Source: Thermoproteota archaeon (GTDB taxonomy: Archaea > Thermoproteota > Thermoprotei > Thermofilales > B9-G17). From it: a DNA stretch of 64,000 nucleotides. Position 1 is the stretch's first letter; each line of letters opens with the position of its first letter. The notes beneath the pieces are model-generated. The model had not been told where the DNA came from and made no database searches. It saw only the letters and a program-made list of their open reading frames with translations. Made by a program: the position numbers and the translations under genes. Below are positions 30,143 through 39,263 of the stretch, piece after piece. The DNA lies in the NCBI GenBank assembly GCA_029258885.1, contig JAPDJW010000009.1, forward strand, positions 1 to 64,000, given 5' to 3'.

Positions 30143-31033
30143 TTATTTTGGTAAAAACTTACCTCCCTTTATTAATATTCTATGTACTATTCTCTCATCC
30201 TTGCTTGCTCCTTCAGGAGTCGTAATGGCAATTACATCAACGTATTCCTCTAGCGGGCTGCCAACTATCTTATGAGCAAGCGTTTCCTGAACCTGAAATA
30301 TGCCAGCGCTATTACTCATTTTAATCCTTATTTCAATAGGTTTCTCTACGCCCTTAACTATTTCAACCTCCTCTATTGAGAGAGCTGAAACAGTATGAAT
30401 ATTTATGCTTCCAGTATCAAATGCAAGCCTGCCCCTACCTTTAGTCATATCGGTTCCATCAGCTATACCGACTAATGCGGCCTCCATAGTAAGATCTTTA
30501 ACTTCCGCTCCATGGGCATATATAGTGTGTAAGATATGTCCTCTAATTTCATACATCTTCTCGGGATCACTATATATTTTGGGCAGTATCCTATTTAGAA
30601 TTGATATAGCTAAGTAAGCTGAGTGAAGCGGATGAATTTCCCTATGAACCTGATTACCAATGTCGTGCAGCAGTCCTCCAGCTAACACTATAACGTGCTC
30701 ATCATCCTCATCTCCTGCTCGATGACGCATTACGTCAGGAGCTATACCGCTTTCAAGAAGTAGATCGAGCATCTTAAGAGCGTTAGCAGCAACTATCTTA
30801 GCATGCACCTCACCATGATCATTATATCCAAGCTTAGCTACGGCTATAAAGTTGGCAACATCCCAGCATGCATTAACTTCAGGATCATTATTAAGCAAAT
30901 GCCATAGTTTACGCGCTTTCTCATACCTAGAAACAGATTTCTCTATAGCAAGCTCAGCCTTTTCTAGAAGATCCAGATATACGGTAGGAACTTCTATCTC
31001 AAACCCGGAACCTAAATGTATTCTCTTAGCCAA
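30143..31033 (-). CDS. HD-domain phosphohydrolase
   Basis: DHGEVH, LLHDIG, ADGTD..KGRGR. Confidence 0.85.
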   Translation of the reverse strand: MAKRIHLGSGFEIEVPTVYLDLLEKAELAIEKSVSRYEKARKLWHLLNNDPEVNACWDVANFIAVAKLGYNDHGEVHAKIVAANALKMLDLLLESGIAPDVMRHRAGDEDDEHVIVLAGGLLHDIGNQVHREIHPLHSAYLAISILNRILPKIYSDPEKMYEIRGHILHTIYAHGAEVKDLTMEAALVGIADGTDMTKGRGRLAFDTGSINIHTVSALSIEEVEIVKGVEKPIEIRIKMSNSAGIFQVQETLAHKIVGSPLEEYVDVIAITTPEGASKDERIVHRILIKGGKFLPK

Positions 31034-31210
31034 CTAATTCAACCCCAACAGTATTCATGAAATTTCATACAAAGAATAATTTAAATATTCCCTATCAAAA
31101 GGCATATATTTTAGCATAAATGATCATTTTTATACATATATTATCAGCTAATTTCAATCTCACAATATCTGGAACAGCGCTAAAATGTATGAAAATATGG
31201 ATTAACTAAA

Positions 31211-31309
31211 CCTAGGTTTTTCTATATGGATTATATAACTTTAAGCGATGAAGCCCTACTTTTTCGCTGACAATTAATAGCTAAATGCTATTCATATAGA
31301 AAAACCTAG
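31211..31309. mobile_element. Putative MITE-like element (17-bp terminal inverted repeats)
   Basis: CTAGGTTTTTCTATATG (31212-31228) is the exact reverse complement of CATATAGAAAAACCTAG (31293-31309). CTAAA flanks both sides (31206-31210, 31310-31314). Confidence 0.4.
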
Positions 31310-31453
31310 CTAAAGGCTATGTGTCGAAAATATAGCCGCGGCAATTACACTGTAGGTTATTAGCTATATGCTACGGTAACACCGTGATATATTTACATTA
31401 TTTACTTAACAGATAAGCCTTATTTCCTTATAAGAAATAGGTTATACCATAAC

Positions 31454-31690
31454 TTGATTGATATGAGGAAGTCTGTAGTATTGGCTATAATAGTTTACAT
31501 TATATTATTAACTGTTTTATGGAATCCATTTACTCAATACATAGCTCTCTCTGATTGGATACTGCTTCCAGTACAAGGAGTAGCATACCTGAACTTGCTC
31601 GGACCAGCTGTTGCTATAACAGTAGTAGGCGCTATTTTATCATTATCAACGATGATTATATCGAATAGAATAGAGGAGGAAGAGGAGTAG
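31454..31690 (+). CDS. Small hypothetical membrane protein
   Basis: Two hydrophobic helices and an acidic tail. Confidence 0.55.
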   Translation: MIDMRKSVVLAIIVYIILLTVLWNPFTQYIALSDWILLPVQGVAYLNLLGPAVAITVVGAILSLSTMIISNRIEEEEE

Positions 31691-31740
31691 CTGTAACTGA
31701 TACGTACGGTTAAGCGTCGGAATTTACTGTTAATATTTTA

Positions 31741-31791
31741 TCAGCTCAAATTGGCTTCGTCACAGATCTGAGAGGTCCCACACTCATCACT
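31741..31791 (-). ncRNA. Candidate box C/D methylation-guide sRNA
   Basis: Minus strand reads A-GTGATGA(C)-GTGTGGGACCTCT-CAGA(D')-TCT-GTGACGA(C')-AGCCAATTTGAG-CTGA(D); 50 nt with canonical spacing, just downstream of hypF. Confidence 0.8.
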
Positions 31792-31797
31792 GAATAA

Positions 31798-34128
31798 TTA
31801 TTCCACACACGGGGATATAAGGCTATTCACTCGTCCAGCAATTAGCGCCTGACCTAAAGCTATCCCTCCGTCTCCACAAGGCGTTTTCCTATTTATTTTA
31901 AGCTGAACATCCTCCTCCTTCAGCCTATCGAATATTCCCTTTACAATTATGGAGTTAACGGCAGCGCCACCTGATATAAACACTGTATTGGAGATTTCAG
32001 CTCTACTTAAATGTTTCAATGCAAGCTCAGCAAACGCCTGTCCAAGCATATACTGGAAGGAGTACGCTAGATCCATAAATCCTGCATCAGCGGCGAGTTC
32101 AATAACGTATTCAAATGCCTTAGATATATTGATCTCAAAGCTGGAGGTTAATGGGAAGCATATAGAATCCACGAGCCTGCCCTGCCAAGAGAATTCCTCA
32201 AGCTTTATAGCAGGCTCACCTTCATAGGTTCTCTCATAACATACCCCAAACAATGCTGAGAGGGCATCGAGAACCCTTCCAGTACTCGAAGCATATACAT
32301 ACATTCCGTTATCAACCATTCTAATAATAGTCTCCAGCTCCCTGAACCCATGTTTAAGACCAGAGATAGCCTTAAATTTACTGAATATCTCAACTACCTC
32401 CTGGAAATCCATGAAACTGTAGAGGATGCAGGCAAGCATTCTAGCAGGCCATCTTACGGTTAAATCTCCCCCCGCTAGGGGATAGTATTTAATATGTCCT
32501 AGGCGTTTAAACTCCCCGTAGCTGGCTAGAATAACTTCACCACCCCATATAGCCCTATCAAGACCATATCCTGTGCCATCCATAGCTATTCCAACAATTC
32601 TCTCTTCATGTATTCCGTTTTCACCCATAACTGAAGCGACGTGAGCGTGGTGGTGTTGAACAAATACTATTCTACAGGAATATTCCTCAGCCCACTTCCT
32701 AGCAAGCCTAGTCGAGTAATAACGTGGATGCATGTCAGCAGCAACAACTGTATCCTCAGGCCTAATATCGTAAGCTTTAAGCAGAAACTTTAGCGCGCTA
32801 ATTAAATACTCCCTATTATCCGGATCATCGGCATCACCGATATACTGAGTAAGAATAACCTTATCCTCAAACGCTACAGCGCCAGCAGAGGAGAGATCCG
32901 CACCAAAGGCTACTACACACCTATTGAATTTCAGGGGAACTTTAATCCAAGCTGGCGCATATCCACGGCTTCTTCTCAGAAAAGTGTACGTGTTATATGT
33001 TCTCCTTATAACGCTATCATCACACCTATTAACAATAATCCTATTATGAAGGAGAAAGTAATCCACAATATCCCTTAGATCATGCAGCGCATTACGATTA
33101 TCTATGTTTATCGGCTTACCACTCTTGTTGCCGCTAGTCATTATAAGGAACCTATCCCGAGTACTCATAAGCAGAAGATAGTGTAAGCCCGTATAAGGCA
33201 ACATTACACCTAAGCTCCTCAACCCCGGAGCAACATATCCAGAGACGGGAGCACCTTCTCTCCTCGGCAGAACTAATATCGGTTTCTGAGGAGAAGATAG
33301 AATCATTAAGTCTTCATCATTAAGCTCCACCAACTTAGAGGCTATACTCAAATTTAAAGCCATAAGAGCAAAGGGCTTAGCTGGTCTCCTCTTCCTTCTC
33401 CTCAACTCTAACACGACATCATCATTTGATGCAAGCGCGGCTATATGGAAGCCTCCAAGCCCCTTAACAGCAACAATATATCCCTCATCGATAAGTTTAG
33501 CAGCTTCGGCTATTGGATCATCTGTAGGAACCTCTTCGCCCTTCCTGTCAACTAGAAAGACCTTAGGGCCGCATTCAGGACAGCTAATCCCCTGAACATG
33601 ATATCTTCTAATATTCCCTACATCCCTATATTCGCTTAAACACTTGCGGCAGAGGGGGAAGTCTTTCATCGCAGTATTCTCTCTATCATAAATTGCGGAG
33701 TACATGTAGGTAAACCTAGGCCCACACCAAGCACACGAGTTAAAGGCGTATCTAAACCGCCTATCCCTAGGATTCAATATTTCAGCAAGGCAGTCATCGC
33801 AAATACCTATATCCGGAGGTATCATTGAGTATCCTTTAACTTTAGCACTGCTAGGCATAATCTTAAACTCAACGTAGCCCCTAGGTGTAACGTCCTCGGC
33901 CACTAACTCCTCTATAATAGCTGGAGGAGGCTTAAACTTAACAATACCTTCAATAAACCTCTCTACTCTATCCTCTTCGCCCTCAACCCATATCTCAACA
34001 CATGAGCCCCCAGTATTCTTGACGTATCCGGATAAGCCGTATCTAATCGCAAGCCTATGGATGAACGGTCTAAAGCCAACACCCTGAACAATACCTACAA
34101 CCTTAATGAGCTTAGCCCTAACAGTCAT
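31798..34128 (-). CDS. hypF: [NiFe]-hydrogenase maturation carbamoyltransferase HypF
   Basis: Acylphosphatase GIVQGVGFR, two CxxC..CxxC zinc fingers, KGLGGFH, HHHAH, DGTGYG, GDGGIALGQ. Confidence 0.95.
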   Translation of the reverse strand: MTVRAKLIKVVGIVQGVGFRPFIHRLAIRYGLSGYVKNTGGSCVEIWVEGEEDRVERFIEGIVKFKPPPAIIEELVAEDVTPRGYVEFKIMPSSAKVKGYSMIPPDIGICDDCLAEILNPRDRRFRYAFNSCAWCGPRFTYMYSAIYDRENTAMKDFPLCRKCLSEYRDVGNIRRYHVQGISCPECGPKVFLVDRKGEEVPTDDPIAEAAKLIDEGYIVAVKGLGGFHIAALASNDDVVLELRRRKRRPAKPFALMALNLSIASKLVELNDEDLMILSSPQKPILVLPRREGAPVSGYVAPGLRSLGVMLPYTGLHYLLLMSTRDRFLIMTSGNKSGKPINIDNRNALHDLRDIVDYFLLHNRIIVNRCDDSVIRRTYNTYTFLRRSRGYAPAWIKVPLKFNRCVVAFGADLSSAGAVAFEDKVILTQYIGDADDPDNREYLISALKFLLKAYDIRPEDTVVAADMHPRYYSTRLARKWAEEYSCRIVFVQHHHAHVASVMGENGIHEERIVGIAMDGTGYGLDRAIWGGEVILASYGEFKRLGHIKYYPLAGGDLTVRWPARMLACILYSFMDFQEVVEIFSKFKAISGLKHGFRELETIIRMVDNGMYVYASSTGRVLDALSALFGVCYERTYEGEPAIKLEEFSWQGRLVDSICFPLTSSFEINISKAFEYVIELAADAGFMDLAYSFQYMLGQAFAELALKHLSRAEISNTVFISGGAAVNSIIVKGIFDRLKEEDVQLKINRKTPCGDGGIALGQALIAGRVNSLISPCVE

Positions 34129-34335
34129 TGCTACACCGTTAGATACGGCGAATTCTCATCAATTTAAGTAATGCTATAGCTTATTCTCAGCAATATACTT
34201 TACTACCGGATCAAAAACAATATACCACATTAATCTTAGCTAGATAACCATGGTTATAAGTTCTTTAAAAGTTCTCATATAACTTTTTATATAATATTTC
34301 ATTCATCTCTCCCAAGACAGTCCCCTAATGTTAAA

Positions 34336-34372
34336 GTATCTCCCCCCGATACCAGGTATCGCCCCCCGATAC
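34336..34372. promoter_or_regulatory. Tandem palindromic operator candidate GTATC-N7-GATAC x2
   Basis: GTATCTCCCCCCGATAC (34336-34352) and GTATCGCCCCCCGATAC (34356-34372), 20-bp period, abutting the TATA-like TATATTATATTAAA at 34373. Confidence 0.6.
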
Positions 34373-34428
34373 TATATTATATTAAACAATGTATAAGGTA
34401 ATTGAATTCAAGATATGCGGTGGTATGT

Positions 34429-35574
34429 ATGTGGGCTATAAAATGCGACTTACTCTACACGGGTAAACCTAACGAAGTATTGAAGAACGTGTATATAGTG
34501 GTGGATGGAAGGAGGATAGCTGGCATAAGCCAGGAGAAGCCCGACTGTGAGGTAGTTTCGGAGGCACCCGTAGCGACACCAGCCTTCATTGATCCACATT
34601 CACACATAGGCATGGAGAGGGCGGGCGAACCATCGGCCGAGGGGGAGGCAAATGAGATGATGAAGTCCATAATAACGCTTGCAGACGCCCTGGATTCGAT
34701 ATACATGGACGACAAATCCTTTAAGGAGTCGATAGAACACGGGGTACTCTACTCCTGCGTACTTCCGGGAAGCGGTAACATTATAGGCGGTAAGGCTGTA
34801 GTTATAAGAAACTATGCATCTAATACCGAGGATGCATTTATAAAATACGCCGGTATAAAGGCTGCACTAGGATTCAACCCCAGGAGACAGACCCAGTACA
34901 AGGGCGATAGACCCTACACGAGGATGGGCGTAGTAGCACTATTCAGGAATGCATTAATTAACGCTAGAAAGCAGATGAAGCTTATAGAGAAGGGGAAGAA
35001 GGTTCCCGAGGAAATAGATCCTGAAACAGACATGTTAATGGATGTTTTAAGGGGTAAGCACGTATTGAGGGTACACTTACATAAGACGGATGACATAATG
35101 ACGCTACTAAGGCTGAGGTATGAGTTCGGGTTAAAAGTAACCATAGAGCATGCATGCGATGTCAACAACGAGGAGACATTCAGGAAGATTAAGGATGCAG
35201 GAATACCGATAGTCTACGGTCCAGTAGATGCCTTCGCATATAAGACCGAGCTTAAACACGAGAGCTGGAGGAATATAGGCAAACTAGTTAAGGTCAATCC
35301 CTTCTACGGACTAATGACCGATCATCCAGTAATACTACAGAGAAACCTACTGCTACAATTAAGGTTCTTCAGGAGGTTCGGATTAAGCAGGAGCGAATGT
35401 ATATCGATAATAACGAAGAATAATGCAGAGATACTCGGCTTAGATAGGGAGCTCGGAACGATAGAGCCTGGAAAGTGGGCGTCAATAGTATTGTGGAACG
35501 GCGATCCGTTCTCCCTCGAATCCTACCCAATAGAAGTCTACGCTGAGGGACGTAAGGTATACGGCGGCAAGTAG
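34429..35574 (+). CDS. Metal-dependent amidohydrolase
   Basis: FIDPHSHIG, VHLH, EHA, TDHP; likely start MWAIK at 34429 (GGTGG SD). Confidence 0.9.
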   Translation: MWAIKCDLLYTGKPNEVLKNVYIVVDGRRIAGISQEKPDCEVVSEAPVATPAFIDPHSHIGMERAGEPSAEGEANEMMKSIITLADALDSIYMDDKSFKESIEHGVLYSCVLPGSGNIIGGKAVVIRNYASNTEDAFIKYAGIKAALGFNPRRQTQYKGDRPYTRMGVVALFRNALINARKQMKLIEKGKKVPEEIDPETDMLMDVLRGKHVLRVHLHKTDDIMTLLRLRYEFGLKVTIEHACDVNNEETFRKIKDAGIPIVYGPVDAFAYKTELKHESWRNIGKLVKVNPFYGLMTDHPVILQRNLLLQLRFFRRFGLSRSECISIITKNNAEILGLDRELGTIEPGKWASIVLWNGDPFSLESYPIEVYAEGRKVYGGK

Positions 35575-35578
35575 GAGC

Positions 35579-36358
35579 ATGCCTATGAAGTTCTCCTTCG
35601 TTGATACGCACTGCCATATACACATGGAGGAGTTCGACCAAGATAGAGATGAAGTAATAAGAAGAGCCCGACAGACAGGCGTAGTCGCAATAGTAACCTC
35701 AAGCATAACCAGGGACGGTTTCTGGAGAGCTAGGAGGATAGTCAACAGTTATCAGGGCTACGTACACCATTCGCTTGGGCTGGATCCATCTATAGTCGAC
35801 TTTAAGATAGCAAGGGAGATGATGGAGCTAGCCGAGGAGTACTACGATAAGATAATAGCAATAGGGGAAGTTGGATTAGACTACTGGAGAGTAAAGGATC
35901 CCGGATTAAGGGAGAGGCAAAAGCTAATTTTCATAGAATGGATTAAGCTAGCTAAAAAGCTCGACAAACCAATAGTAGTACACTCCAGAAGCGCTGGCAA
36001 ATACGCCATAGAGATATTATTGAGGTACTCAGCCACAAGGGTATTAATGCACGCGTTCGACGGCAGGCCATCGAGAGCTAAGCTGGGCGTACTAAACGGC
36101 TTCTACTTCTCAATCCCTCCCTCGGTAAACTACTCCAACCAGAAGATGAAGCTAGCCAAAAACATACCTCTTGAAAACCTCGTACTGGAGACGGACTCCC
36201 CAGTGTTAGCCCCCGAGAGGGGCGTCAGGAATGAGCCTGCAAATATAGTGTACAGCGCTAGGAAGATATCGGAGTTAAAGGGGATAGAGCTTAAGGAAGT
36301 AGCTAAGGCGACAACTAGAAACGCTGAAGAGCTTTATAACATGGAGTTTACAGCCTAA
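35579..36358 (+). CDS. TatD family hydrolase/DNase
   Basis: DTHCH, IGEVGLDY, VHSR, MHAF, LETDSP. Confidence 0.93.
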   Translation: MPMKFSFVDTHCHIHMEEFDQDRDEVIRRARQTGVVAIVTSSITRDGFWRARRIVNSYQGYVHHSLGLDPSIVDFKIAREMMELAEEYYDKIIAIGEVGLDYWRVKDPGLRERQKLIFIEWIKLAKKLDKPIVVHSRSAGKYAIEILLRYSATRVLMHAFDGRPSRAKLGVLNGFYFSIPPSVNYSNQKMKLAKNIPLENLVLETDSPVLAPERGVRNEPANIVYSARKISELKGIELKEVAKATTRNAEELYNMEFTA

Positions 36359-36416
36359 TTTTTCTTTAGTTAATCCTTATTTACCATAGGTTACATCTAG
36401 TAGATGGTGTGTCCTT

Positions 36417-37169
36417 ATGAATGATGTTAATGCATTACAGAAGCTTGGCTTCAGGGATAGGGAGGCGAGAATTCTCGCTGAGTTAATGAAAAATATGTGG
36501 ATGACCGTTGATGAAATAGCTAATAGGACGGGAATTAAAAGACCTCATGTATACGTTATTCTTAATGATCTACAGCGTAGAGGCTTCATAGTTAAAAGCG
36601 CTGGAAGACCATCAAAATATGCTCTAAATCCCGACTTAGAGCTCTTTAAGAAGCTAGCTGTGAGAAAGATAGAGGAAATAAATGAGTCGATAGAAACATT
36701 GGCTAAAACGTTAAGTAGTAGAAGGCTAAAATCCGGTATGGCTATGTATAGCGACGCTCAACTATTCATCAAAAACCTCCTAGATCATTTAAATAGGGTA
36801 TCCATGAGAGCGTGGGCTTCAGTGCCAACCCCCTTGGTTTTAGATATTAACCTTCCAAAACTACTACGCAATCTTGCTTTAAAAGGCATTGAGGTAAGGC
36901 TAATAATCGGTGACTTTGACTACTTTAAGAATAGGCATCACGACTACAGGTTTTTAAGATACGTTGAGCCGCTCCCCCCTTTTATACTATTCTTTCTTGA
37001 CGATACAGTCTATCTCGGCCTCATATATAATAGCAGGGTAGTGTATGGCTTCATAGTCTACGATGAAAAGCTTGTCCAGAACCTAGAGAAGTATTTTGAG
37101 CACATATGGAGCGAGGATTATGCTAAGACGCTATATAGAGTTAAGGCTAGGTATCCAAGGCCGTATTAG
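36417..37169 (+). CDS. TrmB family transcriptional regulator
   Basis: LQKLG...EA, EIA..TGI.R..VY..L..L..RG winged HTH, GRPSKY, C-terminal PLD-like effector domain. Confidence 0.85.
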   Translation: MNDVNALQKLGFRDREARILAELMKNMWMTVDEIANRTGIKRPHVYVILNDLQRRGFIVKSAGRPSKYALNPDLELFKKLAVRKIEEINESIETLAKTLSSRRLKSGMAMYSDAQLFIKNLLDHLNRVSMRAWASVPTPLVLDINLPKLLRNLALKGIEVRLIIGDFDYFKNRHHDYRFLRYVEPLPPFILFFLDDTVYLGLIYNSRVVYGFIVYDEKLVQNLEKYFEHIWSEDYAKTLYRVKARYPRPY

Positions 37170-37907
37170 GTGGTTGCACTGTTTGTAGATATTCACTGCC
37201 ACCTCTACGAGTTTGATCCAAGGGAAATAAGCAGGTTTAGCAATATGATCATTGTCGCAGTATCCGATGACCTAAATTCCTCAATAAAGACCCTAAAACT
37301 AGCTGAAACTTATGGGAATGTTGTTCCATGCGTAGGTCTTCATCCATGGGAAATAGATGAGAATTCACTAGACGTAATTGATAGAATTATAGATATAGCC
37401 ATTAAAGCTAACGTTAAGTGTTTCGGGGAAATAGGTCTTGATAAAAAATTCGTACCGGAAAGCTATGAGCTTCAGTATGAAATATTTAAGGAATTCATCG
37501 ATGCGGCGGTTAAATATAATATAGCTCTAAACATACATGCAGCCGGGGCTTGGAGGGATGTTTTCAAGCTAATATATAGGCGCGATATTTCCAGGGCGGT
37601 TTTCCACTGGTATACTGGTCCGCTCGATCTATTGAAGGAGATAGTTGAATCAGGATACTTCATATCCATTAACCCAGCGGTAAAAATACAGAAAAAGCAC
37701 CTGAGAGTTCTGGAGAAAACTCCTCTTGAAAACATTCTCACCGAGAGCGATGGATCATACAAGTATAGGGGGCTATATTTAACCCCACTCATGATTCCAG
37801 AAACCGTAGAGCTTATAGCTAAGGTTAAGGGCGTAGACTTAAACGTTGTTAAAAAGGTTATTATAGAAAACTTTAAGAAGTTTATAGGCGAGGCCGATAA
37901 TGAGTGA
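37170..37907 (+). CDS. TatD family hydrolase/DNase (second paralog)
   Basis: DIHCH, GLHPW, GEIGLD, NIH, FHWY, TESDG. Confidence 0.92.
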   Translation: MVALFVDIHCHLYEFDPREISRFSNMIIVAVSDDLNSSIKTLKLAETYGNVVPCVGLHPWEIDENSLDVIDRIIDIAIKANVKCFGEIGLDKKFVPESYELQYEIFKEFIDAAVKYNIALNIHAAGAWRDVFKLIYRRDISRAVFHWYTGPLDLLKEIVESGYFISINPAVKIQKKHLRVLEKTPLENILTESDGSYKYRGLYLTPLMIPETVELIAKVKGVDLNVVKKVIIENFKKFIGEADNE

Positions 37908-38241
37908 AGTTGTCACGGTAAAGATAACTAGACACTGTATCAAACGCATCGTTGAGAGAGCGCTCGTCTATGGCTTTAAGGAAGCCCTTAAGCTAATAGA
38001 TGAAATACTTAAGAACGGCTACATCGTTAGGAGGCGTAAAAACTTCATACTAGTAAACTTTAGAAATCACTATTTATTGTTGAGGGAGTGTAGGAATGGC
38101 TATCTAGCGTTAACCTATCTAGCTAAGGTCGAGCCTAGGGGTTTTAACGGCAAAGTTTATAGAGAAAAATTTCCAAAATATAGAATTGTGCTGAGTAGGA
38201 GGGCCAAAAGGAGGATAAAACATATATGTGGAGAGAAATAG
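37900..38241 (+). CDS. Small basic hypothetical protein, possible RelE/DUF4258-like nuclease fold
   Basis: ITRHCIKRIVER resembles the T.HA..R..ER motif; overlaps both neighbours. Confidence 0.55.
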   Translation: MSEVVTVKITRHCIKRIVERALVYGFKEALKLIDEILKNGYIVRRRKNFILVNFRNHYLLLRECRNGYLALTYLAKVEPRGFNGKVYREKFPKYRIVLSRRAKRRIKHICGEK

Positions 38242-39263
38242 CTGTCGTATTATCGCTACTACTCGTCCTGACGAGCATCTCTTCGAAACCTCTTATAAGC
38301 TACTATAGTTACGATAGATCTGTTAAGCTTAATCCTGAGATAATTTTCTTTAAGGAGGGGGCCAACTATAAGGCGTATAAGGTTTACTACGATAGCATAA
38401 ACGGAGTTAGAGTACCAGCTCTTCTAATGCTACCTAAGAAGGGCAATCCCCCCTACCCATGTGTAGTATTTCTACATGGCTATGGAGGGCGTAAGGAGGA
38501 TGCGTTAAACATTGCAGAGATAGCTGGAGCAGAAGGCTACGCAGTATTTTCAATAGACGCTGTGTATCATGGAGAGCGGAAGGTTCCAGGCAAGGAAATG
38601 TATTCTCCAAACGTCACCGAATCGATTAGCGCGGTTATACAGACTGTAGTGGATCTCAGGAGAGGCATAGACTTCCTGAAAACTTTATCATATATAGATG
38701 GCAGTAGGATAGGCTACCTAGGGGGAAGTATGGGTGGAATTCTGGGTTCAATATTCATAGGTGTTGAACATAGAATTAAAGCGGCAGTTATAATTGTCGG
38801 GGGAGGCAACATGACCCTAATGATCATGACCAGCATACATCCCTCAGTCGTTAAAATTAGGGAGTACATGAAACAGCACAACCTAACTATAGACGAACTT
38901 AAGGACGTATTGCAGATAATCGACCCACTAAACTTCATAAATAACACGAATATACCGATACAGTTCCACCTAGGCAGGCACGATAAAATCGTACCCTACG
39001 AGGCAGGTCTCCAGCTATACGAGAAGGCTAACCAGCCCAAATTCCTATACGTATACGACTCAGGCCACGACGTCCCACTGGATATAGTAGCCATTAGAGT
39101 CCTAGACTTCTTCGATAAATATCTTAAGGAGGAGACGTGGCTCATATCTAGGGAGCAGTTCCGAATAATTATAAGCATGCTGATAGTATTAATCATGTGT
39201 TCAGCTATAGTAGCCATGGTATTCTACACATATAGGCTTACAAAATCTGGTAGAGCACTATGA
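38226..39263 (+). CDS. Membrane-anchored alpha/beta hydrolase (esterase/peptidase)
   Basis: FLHGYGG, GGSMGG nucleophile, D and H (SGHD) triad residues, terminal TM helices. Confidence 0.85.
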   Translation: MWREIAVVLSLLLVLTSISSKPLISYYSYDRSVKLNPEIIFFKEGANYKAYKVYYDSINGVRVPALLMLPKKGNPPYPCVVFLHGYGGRKEDALNIAEIAGAEGYAVFSIDAVYHGERKVPGKEMYSPNVTESISAVIQTVVDLRRGIDFLKTLSYIDGSRIGYLGGSMGGILGSIFIGVEHRIKAAVIIVGGGNMTLMIMTSIHPSVVKIREYMKQHNLTIDELKDVLQIIDPLNFINNTNIPIQFHLGRHDKIVPYEAGLQLYEKANQPKFLYVYDSGHDVPLDIVAIRVLDFFDKYLKEETWLISREQFRIIISMLIVLIMCSAIVAMVFYTYRLTKSGRAL

